From Nemertoderma westbladi (taxonomy: Eukaryota > Animalia > Xenacoelomorpha): 50,045 bases of DNA. The stretch spans positions 1-50,045 of the forward strand of contig JAUCBJ010008933.1 in assembly GCA_032718475.1 (NCBI GenBank), in the 5' to 3' direction. Both the position numbers and the translations under genes were made by a program. A model generated the notes under the pieces. The model did no database searches and was not told where the DNA came from. It saw only the letters and a program-made list of their open reading frames with translations. Position 1 is the first letter of the stretch. Each line of letters starts with the position of its first letter. Below are positions 1 to 11,699 of the stretch, piece by piece.

Positions 1-104
1 TAATATTTACTAGCTAGTTGTAATACCATTCGGATATTTTATCAAATTAATTTGTTATTTTTAGTAATTTACACGCTGCGCTCACTTTAATGCTGTGATT
101 TTTA

Positions 105-155
105 AAGGGACCTCCATGAAAACGAGGTTTATCCTCATGGAGCTATCCCTAACAT
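105..155 (+). repeat. 3' tail stem-loop of an L2/CR1-type LINE (relic)
   Basis: GGGACCTCCATGAAAACGAGGTTTATCCTCATGGAGCTATCCCT has the same layout as the tails at 4047-4088 (+) and 8408-8449 (-), followed by AT-rich 3'UTR-like sequence. Confidence 0.45.
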
Positions 156-288
156 TGTATGTCTACAAGATAATCTATATTTTATTTATGAACTATGCAC
201 TATTTCTTTTATTAAATTAAAATATTATAGTCGATTCCAAATTATGCCGGTTTATTAGTGTATTATGTTATGTTTTATATGTCTTACA

Positions 289-1187
289 GGAGCTAATAAA
301 CCAACAGGTTGATGCCATCAATGATGCCGACGACAGCAGGCAATCATCCCAGGCATGGAAATCGATCAATCTGCTTACTGGGCGGAAAAGCCAACCAACC
401 ACCAAGGTTAAGGCTGAATCACCAGCCGATCGCCTCAATGGTTGGAAAGCCCACTTTGAAAAGCTCCTCAATAATGACAGGGTATTGCCTGATAACTTTA
501 TAGAAGTAAAAGTGTCTGAGTCTGTACTCCCAGATATTCCCATTGGCGATATCTCCTTTGCAGAAGTGAAGGCTGCTGCAAAGAGCATTAAGACCAATCG
601 TGCCAGTGGAGTAGATGGTGTTCCCCCTGAGGTCTTTAAAATACCTGAGTGTTTAAAGCTCATCTATCCCATCATAGTAGACATGTACCGAACAACAAGA
701 GTCCCACAAGAAATGAAAACAAATAAGTTGGTGCCAGTTCCCAAGAAGGGCAACCTAACACTCTATGGTTCTTTTCGGGGAATCTCATTGATCTCGATTG
801 CTGCAAAGCTATACAATAGGATTCTATTAAATCGCATCAGGGATCCCATTGAGAGACTGCTCCGTGGAAATCAGAATGGGTTCCGTAAAGGTCGTGGGAC
901 CATGGAGCCCATTTTGGCACTTAGAAGGATAATTGAAGAGTTATCAAAAAAGAAAGACAGGCATCTGGCTGTTATCTTTGTTGACTTCTTCAAGGCCTTT
1001 GATTCAGTCTCTCGCTCACGTATGTTCAGCATACTTTCATTATATGGGATTCCTGATGAAATTATTGCAGCAATCAGATCAGTATACGATGGTTCGACAA
1101 CATTTGTGTCTACTGTGCAATTTTGTTGACAAGCCGGCACAGCATTCTTAAAAATGCAGCTGCAATGCAGCATGCCGATCCTAGTAG
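289..1187 (+). mobile_element. RTE-clade LINE, 5'-truncated and internally deleted copy
   Basis: RT N-terminal motifs (PKKG..RGISL, QNGFRKGR, FVDFFKAFDSV), short (TAG)n tail, 13-bp TSD TATATGTCTTACA (276-288 / 1188-1200). Near-identical to 46658-48284. Confidence 0.9.
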
Positions 1188-1832
1188 TATATGTCTTACA
1201 TTTTATATGGCTTATGTCTGTATGTACAATGTTAATAAAAAAACTTCAATTTCAATAATACTGTAATATGGGCCTAATACTGTAATATCTGAATAGGAGA
1301 ATATAGCAGTATAAAATCTGAAGATCACATCTGTGTATTCCCCCACCAGCCTATTGCTGTATTGGCAGATTGGCCTAAGTACCGATACCGCACCGGTCTC
1401 GGTAGGCCTATAGAAATCTGTTCCTGAAGTAGGCCTACGGTCCAGCGGTCTGCACTGCTAGTCTGGCTACCGGTACTGGCTGACTGGCCTGACGGTACGG
1501 CTGTACGGGGTAGAGTAGCCTTAGGTCCAAAAGGGTATACCTTAGGTCCTGTAGCACAAGTCCCAAAAAGGTGCCACCCTGCTCCACAGCGAGGGAAATT
1601 CAAATGATTGAATGACATGTAATTTATACTGCAAAGGGCAGAAGGGTGGCAGATCAGATCTGCCACCTATATTTTGGCGGTAGCGGTAGGCCTAAATTCA
1701 AATCTGTTTTAACATTGAATAGGCCTACATGAATAGAGTACTGGAGTAAGACTAATGTAATTCATTGAATCAGAATAAATTATTTCTTATCGGTTTAATT
1801 CACTCATCCGTTATTGTTGTTGTTTTATCTAT

Positions 1833-2188
1833 TCTGGGGCTTCGAGCAGCACGTGAACAACTAAGCTGACTGGTTAACGAGTCTGGGACTTCGAGCAGCA
1901 CGTGAACAACTAAGCTGGCTGGTTAACTAGTCTGGGACTTCGAGCAGCACGTGAACAACTAAGCTGACTGGTTAACTAGTCTGGGACTTCGAGCAGTACG
2001 TGAACAACTAAGCTGACTGGTTAACTATTCTGGGACTTCGAGCAGCACGTGAACAACTAAGCTGGCTGGTTAACTAGTCTGGGACTTCGAGCAGCACGTG
2101 AACAACTAATCTGACTGGTTAACTAGTCTGGGACTTCGAGCAGCACGTGAACAACTAAGCTGACTGGTTAACTAGTCTGGGACTTCGA
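1833..2188 (+). repeat. 49-bp tandem repeat, ~7 copies (left arm)
   Basis: Unit CTGGGACTTCGAGCAGCACGTGAACAACTAAGCTGACTGGTTAACTAGT; TTCGAG recurs at 1841, 1890, 1939 and onward. Confidence 0.95.
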
Positions 2189-2328
2189 TTTCCATCACAA
2201 ACTGTCCACAGTGTGCTGCATAATGTACGTGGGTATGTACTAAAAGGTCAAGGAGCTAGAGCAGTAGACTTCATACTGTAAACTTCTTACTGCAGTAGTA
2301 CTTACAGTTCTACTGTAATAACAGTTCA

Positions 2329-2716
2329 GTTTAGTTGTTTACGTGCTGCTCGAAGTCCCAGACTAGTTAACCAGTCAGCTTAGTTGTTCACGTATGCTGC
2401 TCGAAGTCCTAGACTAGTTAACCAGTCAGCTTAGTTGTTCACGTGCTACTCGAAGTCTCAGACTAGTTAACCAGTCAGCTTAGTTGTTCACGTGCTGCCC
2501 GAAGTCCCAGACTAGTTAACCAGTCAGCTTAGTCTGTTAGTTGTTCACGTGTGCTGATCGAAGTCCTAGACTAGTTAACCAGTCAGCTTAGTTGTTCACG
2601 TGCTGCCCGAAGTCCCAGACTAGTTAACCAGTCAGCTTAGTTGTTCACGTGCTGCTCGAAGCCCCAGACTAGTTAACTAGTCAGCTTAGTTGTTTACGTG
2701 CTGCTCGAAGCCCCAA
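2329..2716 (-). repeat. Same 49-bp tandem repeat, inverted (right arm)
   Basis: Reverse-complement units TTAGTTGTTCACGTGCTGCTCGAAGTCCCAGACTAGTTAACCAGTCAGC, ~7-8 copies with small indels. Confidence 0.95.
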
Positions 2717-3849
2717 AATAGATAAAACAACAACAATAACGGATGAGTGAGTTAAACCGATAAGAAATAATTTATTCTGATTCAATGAATTACATTTAGT
2801 CTTACTCTATTCTGCTATTCATTTATTCAATGTTAAAACAGATTTGAATTTACCACCAAAATATAGGTGGCAGATCTGATCGAGGTAGAATAAAACGTCT
2901 GTCCTTATCTGATCTGTCTGATCTGACAGCATCTGATCCTATAACCAATCAGGAGAAAGAGATATAATATTTACCTAACTGTCTGTTAGGTAAATAGCCA
3001 ATAGCTGAATAGGGGATCATGTTTCACGTTGCCTGTTTAATGTACTGTATCAGTATCATCATATGACGTAGCAGTACAGGCATACCGGTATGCATCTAAT
3101 GCACAAAGGCATATTATTATATATTAAAAATGCGATATAGGATGAAGGATGGCGCATATGAAAGTTGTGTTTTTGTAAATCTTTCTTGTTAATAGTTATC
3201 ATTATGAAAAGTTAAAGTTAATTATATTAATTATAATTAATATTATTAATTAACTAATGATACTTATTAATACATTACATGTAAAATATTTATTGTTTGT
3301 TTGTTACGCTAAACAGCTAAAGGGAAGGCAGGAAGGGGTATCTCTCTAGGCCTACTCTGTAGTGTGTATATGACGAAACACTTAACATGCCCCATATTGC
3401 CAGCTGATACAGTGGAGTTTATACTCAGACGATGAAGGAATATGGGAAGGTGGATGGGAATGTGGGAATTAATAAACGCTGTTGTTACCTTCCAATTGAA
3501 GGAAAAGAGCAGGTTACAGCGGCTGTAATTTCTAACCAAAACAATAAACGACGTTTTACCTACAAATTGAGGGAAAGGAGCTGGTTGCCGAGACAGGGTT
3601 TTCTAACCAAAACAATAAAGGATTTTGTTACCTACCAATTAAGGGAAAGGAGAATATGTTACCATGGCGGCTTGTTTACACCCACCTTCTGACTAACCGT
3701 CCGACTGACTGATCAATAGATCATCCCCCTCAAAAAATAATAGATCATCCCCCTCAAAAAATAAAGGATATCGCGCACGCGCATAAAACACTTATAAATT
3801 TAATAAAAAATATCGACCAATAAAAAATCGACCGAAAAGTGAAATCCTG

Positions 3850-4125
3850 GTTCCACCTTGGTGTAGTGGTTGCATTGATTTCACATCTCCCGTAGGTCGT
3901 GGGTTCGATCCTCACATGGGCCAGGGCAGTTTTTGTTTCGGCACAAATGCTTTGAAGGGACCAGCCAGGGCGCATTTCTGCCTTGCATCCTTAAGTGGTA
4001 GCTAAATGAGTACTGGAGTTTCCTCTGGGGAGTAAAGTTCTGGGGGGACCGCACTGGAAATAAGTCGTCAGACTTTGTGCGTAATCCCTGGCCTAGTGGC
4101 CGAAGAAAATTTACTTACTTTACTT
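3850..4125 (+). mobile_element. tRNA-derived SINE with Nin/Deu-like central domain and LINE-derived tail
   Basis: A box TGGTGTAGTGG (~3858), B box GGTTCGATCC (3902-3911), central GCCTTGCATCCTTAAGTGGTAGCTAAATGAGTACTGG resembling the Nin-SINE domain (from memory), 3' stem-loop tail and short TTAC repeats. Confidence 0.8.
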
Positions 4126-4559
4126 TTTTTGGTATTCTTTACATGGGTGAAGAATACCAGACTTTATGCCGTTATATTTCACTTTCCAGTTACCCCCATG
4201 TGAAGAATACCAGGTTTTCACCAAAACACAGGTTACAGAATGGTTGAATATAACCAAAACAATAAACGAATTAGTATATTTACAGGTTATAAGACATAAA
4301 TAAGCTCTATAATACACTCAATAAAGATAAATTAAAAAAGAATTAAAATCTTCATATATAAAATTCCAGTAAAAGTCGACTGAAAAGTGAAATCCTGGTA
4401 TTCTTCACATGGGCGGTATTCTTCACATGGGCCGGCACCAAAATTTGGCACCAGCCGCTAAAGACAAATTTAAGTTTTCTAGCTTATTTTATTTGAATTC
4501 ATTTTAGTTAGTTTCAGTTAGTCTTTTAGTTATTATCGTTAGTTTCAGAACGGGAGGTG

Positions 4560-4800
4560 TTATATTGAACCCACCCCCCCCCGGGGGTTTAAGTGGAATA
4601 CCGGGGAAACTTCACATGCTGACATAAGCAGAAAGTCCAGTACTCATTTAGCTACCATTTAAGGATGCAAGGCAGGGATGCCTCGCTAAACCCTTCAAAA
4701 CATTTGTGCCGAAACGAAAACTACCTTGGCCGCCACGCCGGGGTTGAACCCACAACCTCCGAGATATGTGAATTCAATATAACCACTACACCAAGGTGCG
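4560..4800 (-). mobile_element. Second SINE of the same family, different 3' end
   Basis: Minus strand reads CCTTGGTGTAGTGG...GGTTCAACCC...TTTCGGCACAAATG...GCCTTGCATCCTTAAATGGTAGCTAAATGAGTACTGG. Confidence 0.75.
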
Positions 4801-5959
4801 CTCTGAACCAAGGTGGAACAAGTGTCAGATACCGTCAGATCAGATCAGATAACGACAGACGTTTTAGCCATCCTAGATCTGATCTGCCACCATTTCTAGT
4901 ACAAATTACATGTCTTTCAATCATTTGAATTTCCCGCGCTATGGAGTAGGGTGCCAGACTGGAATCTCTATGTTCAGCACGCCGGAGGTGCGCCGGGCGT
5001 AAAATAATTTGCGCCAACCGACACTAAATTTACACCTACCACAAAAATATGTCCCTAGCACATATAAAATGCGCGCCAACAAAGAAAGTTTAAAAACTAA
5101 TATTAATTACCTTATATCGTATTGAATTGAATTGAGTTTACGCTTTATAGTAAATAAGATATTTAGTACAGTAGTAGATATACCAGTATACAAGATTACA
5201 AGAATACAAATTGTAGGCTACACTTCCCAACAAATTACTATAAAAATACCAACAATAACCAGTATACAAGGATACAAATTGCAACAAATTACAGTATACC
5301 TGGTATACTGTACCTGTACGTACACTTAAACAATAACAAAGTGAGAAATAACAGTTGTAAGAGTTTTAACAAATTACTAGAAAAATACCAACAATAATAA
5401 CATGGTAACTGGTTGAGTTTGAGTTAAATTGAGAATACATAGCTATGGACACTTCCCAGATTGAGAGTCTAGTTGGTCAACAACCTTACTAATTTCTACG
5501 CCAGCACTTGCTTATATGCCTCGGCTGCGCCGAGGCATTAGTTTCTGCGCTGGTGTTTGCCAGAGATCTCCCTGAAAGTGCCGAGAGATTCCAGTCTGGG
5601 CAGGGTGGCACCTTTTAGGGATTTGTGTCCTGTAGCGTTAGATCCCGTAGCTTTAGGTCCTGTAGCATTAGGTCCTGTAGCTTTACGTCCTGGCAGCCTG
5701 GTGCTGGTGCATTAAATCATGTAGTATTAGGTCCTATAGTATATATCTAACTGTTGATTCTCTATTAATCTATTCTACAATATCCCTAACTCTCGTTTAT
5801 TGTTTTGGTTCCTTTCAACTCGCCTCTGTAACCTGCTCCTTTACTAACCTAACCTGCCCGCTTTTGGATGCAGACTGGACCTACTGACCTAATGGCAAGG
5901 CCCTAACGCGACCAGTTGACCTAACGCCACTGGCCACGGACCTAATTCTACCAGGACCT

Positions 5960-7566
5960 TTATTATTATTATTATTATTATTACACCCACAGTCAAAAAT
6001 TGCACATATGAAATTTATTTCAAATAAAATAGATCATTAGATAAAAATATATACAGTAAGTAGTGGGGGAGGAGACTAACCAGGCCCGTGCACTTACGGT
6101 TAGCCATTCCATTATTTAAGTTAATTAATTTGTATACTAATCGTTATAAGTACATATGTAAAAGTAACTAAAAAGTATTAAATAATTCAACGTTTCCCTG
6201 ATAAAAATATTTTTCTAAAAAATATTGTTAAAGATATTTTTCTACTGCCCGTACTGAAATTGATATATTAACAATAAATGGTATTATATAATAACATGAG
6301 TTATGCCAAAAATAATCCAATTATTATAAAAATCTGTTAAAACTGCAGTATTTTAAAAGTCTACATCCCGTGCTAAAATATTACTAAAAATATTAATGTT
6401 TGGGGCTGATGCAGCATTAGAAGGTAGGTCGTTCCACATACTGACTATCCTATTACAAAAATATTTCTGACAAATTTGTAGGCGGCAAAAATTGTGTTGC
6501 AATTTATATTGGTGACCTCTAAGACCCCTTCGTGAAGCAAAGCTAAAAAAATCATCAAAATTCATTTGCACTGCACCGGTGATTAGGCCCTATAGAGTAA
6601 ACCTGTTTTAAATCAAACAAATGACGTCTAACTTCGAGCGGTTGTAAGTTTAAGTACTCAAGTCTATCTAAATAAGGCACCATGGTTAATTTACATCTAA
6701 AAAATAATCTGCGTGTAAAATATCTCTGTACGTGTTCGATCAGATCTATATGTCCTTTGGTAAAAGGAGACCAAATCACTGTACAATATTCCAATAAGGG
6801 ACGCACGTAAGATTTATAAGCACAAATTAGTTGATTTCAGAGCACGCTCATGGCAATGTTTATTAAATTTAAAATCAGAAGAAATCGTAACTCCCAGATC
6901 CTTACAATCATCCTCTGCTTTAACAAGTTTACTATCTAGAAAATATTGCTGTTGAGGGTTATTGTAACCTAAATAGAGCACTATACATTTGTGTGGAGCG
7001 ATATTAAACTGCCATTTATTAGACCATTCTGTGATTTTGTACAGGGACTGTGATATCAGTAAGTGGTCGCTGGATGGCGCATATATTTTGACGTCGTCCG
7101 CAAATAGTTTACACGATAACCCTAAATTAAAAATATCCGGTAAATCGTTAATAAAAAGCACAAATAAAATTGGACCTAGTACGCTACCTTGTATGGTGCC
7201 CGACGTAACTGGACTATAATCCGAGAAACTACTACCAACTAAAATACGTTGTGATCTATATGCGAGAAAAGCCTTTAACCAATAAAATAAGTCACCTACT
7301 ATACCGTAAGAAGAAAGTTTACATAAAAGTTTTTGGTGCACAACAGAATCAAATGCTTTCGCAAAGTCTATGTAGATTACATCAACAGTGCACTTTCTAT
7401 CTAATAATTTAATCCAATCCTTTGTACATTCTAATAGCTGGGTACATGTAGACTTATTTTTTAAGAAGCCATGTTGGGCCTTATTAATTAATTTGTTAGT
7501 AAATAAGTAATCACACAAATCTTGTTTAATACACTGCTCCATAATTTTACACGCAATACAACCTAA
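5960..7566 (-). mobile_element. CR1-clade LINE, 5'-truncated, frameshifted RT
   Basis: QHGFLKNKS, YIDFAKAFDSV, QGSVLGPILF, LFADD, RPLLEYC, LRGH motifs over three broken ORFs; (TAA)n tail at 5960-5983. Confidence 0.9.
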
Positions 7567-8305
7567 CACACCATAACCCAGTACGGTACCTCCGGCTCCG
7601 GCCAGCCGGCCCGGTGTAGCACAGCACATCTCTGCACCAGTTCCAGATCCCGGCGCAAGTTGCAGCGTTGTCAGTTGTAAACCTGCGCTGCCCGAGCAGC
7701 CAAACGAACAGCCTACCGGCAACCGGTAGGCCTACTGGCACCCTACTGAGATTGAGGCTCTACTATCAGTCTATCACTTTTACGTACCAATCTTCCAATG
7801 GATGTTAAGGTTAAGTGTACCCAGTACCATACAGCCATGTACAATACATACTGACATACATATGTTTTTATATTTTACTTGCATACATTTTATCCACCTG
7901 TAAGTATAATTTTATATATCTAACTGTCTAATTATAACTTCTTATTAGGCTGTTAGGTATTTGTACCGCGTGTACTGTACTAGGTGGTATTCCCCCTGTT
8001 CAGCTGTTTATATTTTATTGTTTAAAATTAAACCGAGTGTCTTAAATACTGAAATAATACTGAAAACATTAGTGACAGCCCTAACAGATATAACAGTAAT
8101 TAATCATCCAATCGTAGCTCACTTGTTGCACTAATGGCAATATGGCTCCGCCCTCCCGTCAACCTTCATCTATATTTAACTTTATTACAGTCTAATCCCA
8201 TAATCTATGATATACCTGCGATACCGATTTGTTTTAAAATATATTTTGTTCGATCATTGGATGCACCCCGCCTGCGTCGGCAAATATAGAGACGCATATA
8301 CACTA

Positions 8306-9370
8306 TAGATAGATAGATAGATAGATTTATTTATACATTATGTAAAAACAATAACAAATACACCAAACAATGTACCGGTTTAAAGGTATTGTCCAACATA
8401 ACATATAGGATTACCCCTAAAGCTTTGCAGCTTATTTCCAAGGGGGTCCTTTATGTTACTTGGTTACAAATACAATATTACACTACGCTAACCTAAAACC
8501 AATATAAAACGTAATTACACTATGTACATGTACAACTTTACCGAGAGCGTGACAATGCCCGACTCAACGATAAAGATGTAATGTACAGAACAATTTATTA
8601 TAAAACGTAATTACAGTATAAATAGTAAATAATTAATAAACTAATAACTTACTGTAGGACTATTGTACCTATTTTTACATTGCACACGGAGATGAGATTT
8701 AACTGCAGATTTAAAAGAATGTTGATTATTTAGGTTTTTAATTTCATTTGGCAGAGCGTTCCAATTTTTTATGCCGTTAAAAAAGAAAGTATCAGATTCA
8801 AAGGATTTACAATTCGGGAGGTAAAAGTTTGAAGCACTAGCTCTGGTACTGTAAGAGTGTGTATCGCGTACTCTGTTGAATTTTTGTTTTAGGTAATTGG
8901 GACATTTACCATTATACACTTTATGCACATGGTTAAGGCGTAGCTGCTTAACTCTACTATCTAAGTTAAGTAGTCCAGATTCAGAAAAGTCATCTGGAGT
9001 TAGGTGGTGCCTAGGTTTGTAGTCTTTAATAAATCGTACTACTTTATTCTGAGCTACTTGTAATTTACATTTAAGCTGTTTGGTTAAGCCTTCATACCAA
9101 GAAGAGCACGCATAGTCCATGTGACACTGTATTAAAGAAGAGCAAAGTAACTTGCGGGAGTCGGTGTTCAAACTATTTTTATTTCTGTATAGAAACCTAA
9201 GCCTACTGTTAACTTTCGAGAAAATATTTTTCACTGTACTTTCTCCTGATAAGCAGTTATCCAATGTGGCGCCTAAATATTTAACTTCCTTTTTATTTTC
9301 AATCTTATGTCCATTACTAGTGACTTCAAACTTAGTTACCTTCTTTAACTTTCTTTTGGAACCAAACTCT
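8306..9370 (-). mobile_element. L2/CR1-group LINE 3' fragment
   Basis: ORF 8641-9402 (KYLG, MDYACSSW, LQVAQNKVVRFI, WNALP), 3'UTR stem-loop at 8408-8449, AATAAA then (ATCT)n tail. Confidence 0.85.
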
Positions 9371-9410
9371 TCTAACCCTGTTAGAAGAATGGCACTGTCC
9401 AAAATGTTTC

Positions 9411-10718
9411 GTAGAACTAAACTGGGAAGATTTTAAAAAATGATATCTAATTTCGTCGAATTAAAAGCCGGGATTATTTTAAAATTATTATTAATATTAC
9501 ACTCTATTAAAATTGTACTGTAAATAGGCTACACATAAACAATAGGCTGATATGAATTGTACTGCAAATTGGCTATACATAATTCAAGTTTAAAATGTAA
9601 AAAAAATAGACCTTGATACGTAAACACTTCAAAATAAAACAGAAATAAAAATAAAAACGGGCAAAACGGCTCGTGGTAGACCAAATAAGCAATATTATAA
9701 TAAAAATAATTTATACTATATACTAATTATATAAAATAATGTAAATGGCAGAATGGTTTTACAACTGGTTCATCTAGTAAAAAAAATACGTAATTAGTTT
9801 TATTAAATAGTTTTTATATTTTTTTAAATTTAAATTTCTTGTTTTAAATAAAAAAACTCCGAATTTATTTAATTTTAATTTGTTTTTTTATTTCATTTCG
9901 CTCTGTGTTATCATCATGCCCGACCTTTTAACCCCATTTTACTGAGTGCCGTTTATTTTTTTAGACAGCCCCATACGTTTACAGTAGATTAATTACATTT
10001 TAAATAATCCGTAATATATTACTTTTTTTGTACATGATTTAAAATAGTAGGCCTATAGTATACTACAATGAGATATGTGTTTGATACAACCAATTATATC
10101 TTAATTCAATAACCGTCATTCATCAGTTCATTCATCCATTCCTTAAATATTATTGTAAACTTACACTCACTACAACATACAACGCAGTCAATATTAATAA
10201 ACAATGAGGCAGTTTTGTACGCATTGTTGGACATGCTCCGACAGTCCAATGGCCTGTGGGTGCAATGTAGCCGCTGCACCAACTGGACAGCTGGATGCAC
10301 CCCGCCTGCGTCGGCGAATATAGAGATGAAAAACCACTAACTATGTTAGAGTTAGAGGAATGACACTGTACATGTTTTAGGCCTATAGAACTAAACTGGG
10401 AAGAATTTTAGTACTGATATTTTTTTATATTTTTATTTTACTTTAATTTTACTGGGTTTTACATTTTACTTTTCTTTTTTTTTAGACAGCCCCACACGTT
10501 TACAGTAGATTAATTATATTTTAAATAATCCGGTTTATTATTTGTTTGTACATGTTTTAAAAAAGTATAATATAATACAATGAGATTGAGATATGTCAGT
10601 GTGTGTTTGATACAACCAATTATATTATATTATTTTCAATAACCGTCATTCATTCATCCATTCCTTAAATATTATTGTAAACTTAACACTCACTACAACG
10701 CAGTCAATATTAATAAAT
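9411..10718 (+). repeat. Local AT-rich duplication
   Basis: ~9955-10200 is repeated at ~10475-10717; TAGAACTAAACTGGGAAGA at 9411 and 10386; GGATGCACCCCGCCTGCGTCGGC at ~8259 and ~10293. Confidence 0.7.
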
Positions 10719-11699
10719 CTGTATGGAACTTACCACAACGGCACAACCAATAACAAGCCAATCTATTAGCAGATTAGCTCAACCTAAGACTCTAACTGTC
10801 TAAGGCAAATTGCTATGACCACCTGAGTGCTGCCTACCACTTTGTGGAAGCCGCCAACCACTTTGAGGAAACCGTCTTGCCACTACGACAAACAGTGGTA
10901 GCCTATTCATTGGCTTGCCCTAACATCAGTTAACGTGGCCGCCAATGAAGTGTACGTGTACTTGCGTCAGTGTGTACTGTACCGTACTAGCTTGTTGTCA
11001 TAAAGTCTGTATAACGGCTGCTCCACTGGTTATCTCCATTCTCCATACCATGCCTGCATGCTGCATGCTGTCAGGTCAGCAGGTTACGTACATAACAGCT
11101 AACACGGTAACAGCCTAACTTTCCTTCTTGTTTGGCAGATTAGTTTAGACACCCATACAGCCATATGATGAGTACCGGTATTTGATTGGCTGTGGCAGAT
11201 CTGTTGAGGCTGTCTCTAATGTCTTGTGAAATAATACTGTAATAACATGATTCTGTGATTGCTACTGACTTCTTACTACAATCCAGCAATCAGTAGCCAC
11301 CTTACTGCCTTACAGCTGTACAGCCTTACTGCTGTACTGCAGTGTTAAAATACCGAGATTGAGAAAGCGGTAGGCCTAGGCCTATACTTACATGAAGTTC
11401 CTTCATCCACTCTGATATCAACCTTTTACATTCGATTTCCATGATTGTGCTGATATGGCAGTATGACAGAGATTAGTCACTCTAGTGATCACTGATCAGA
11501 CATTGCTGTATTGTACAGGCTACATCAGTACATCCATAGATACCGGTACTGTAGTAATGCAGTAATCACTGGCTGACTGACTGTATGGGCATGGTTATAC
11601 GAACTTAGATCCTGGAAGGCCTTACCATTTTTATTTTCATTATTATTAGTGTTAAAAAGCAGTTAGGTCTAATCTAAAAATCTATTAAAATGGCAAAAT

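Larger units (their letters stand above)
1652..2881. mobile_element. Fold-back / MITE-like element with long inverted arms
   Basis: 1652-~2188 is the reverse complement of ~2329-2881 (GATCAGATCTGCCACCTATATTTTGG ... CCAAAATATAGGTGGCAGATCTGATC), with a ~140-bp unique spacer. Confidence 0.8.
2866..4890. mobile_element. Non-autonomous terminal-inverted-repeat (TIR) element sharing the GGTGGCAGATC terminus
   Basis: 2866-~2920 (GGTGGCAGATCTGATC...AAAACGTCTGTCCTTATCTGATCTG) is an imperfect inverted repeat of ~4835-4890 (CAGATCAGATAACGACAGACGTTTT...GATCTGATCTGCCACC). No TSD identified. Confidence 0.5.

Noticed and set aside
1833-2716. 49-bp arrays as a CRISPR array
   Set aside because: Units are contiguous with no unique spacers, no cas genes, and the context is eukaryotic TE DNA.
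3850-3925. tRNA gene
   Set aside because: A and B boxes are present but there is no convincing cloverleaf, and it continues into SINE body and tail.
7547-7741. GC-rich N-terminal extension of ORF 6814-7722 as a real domain
   Set aside because: It lies beyond the 5' truncation point of the CR1 copy; chance open frame.
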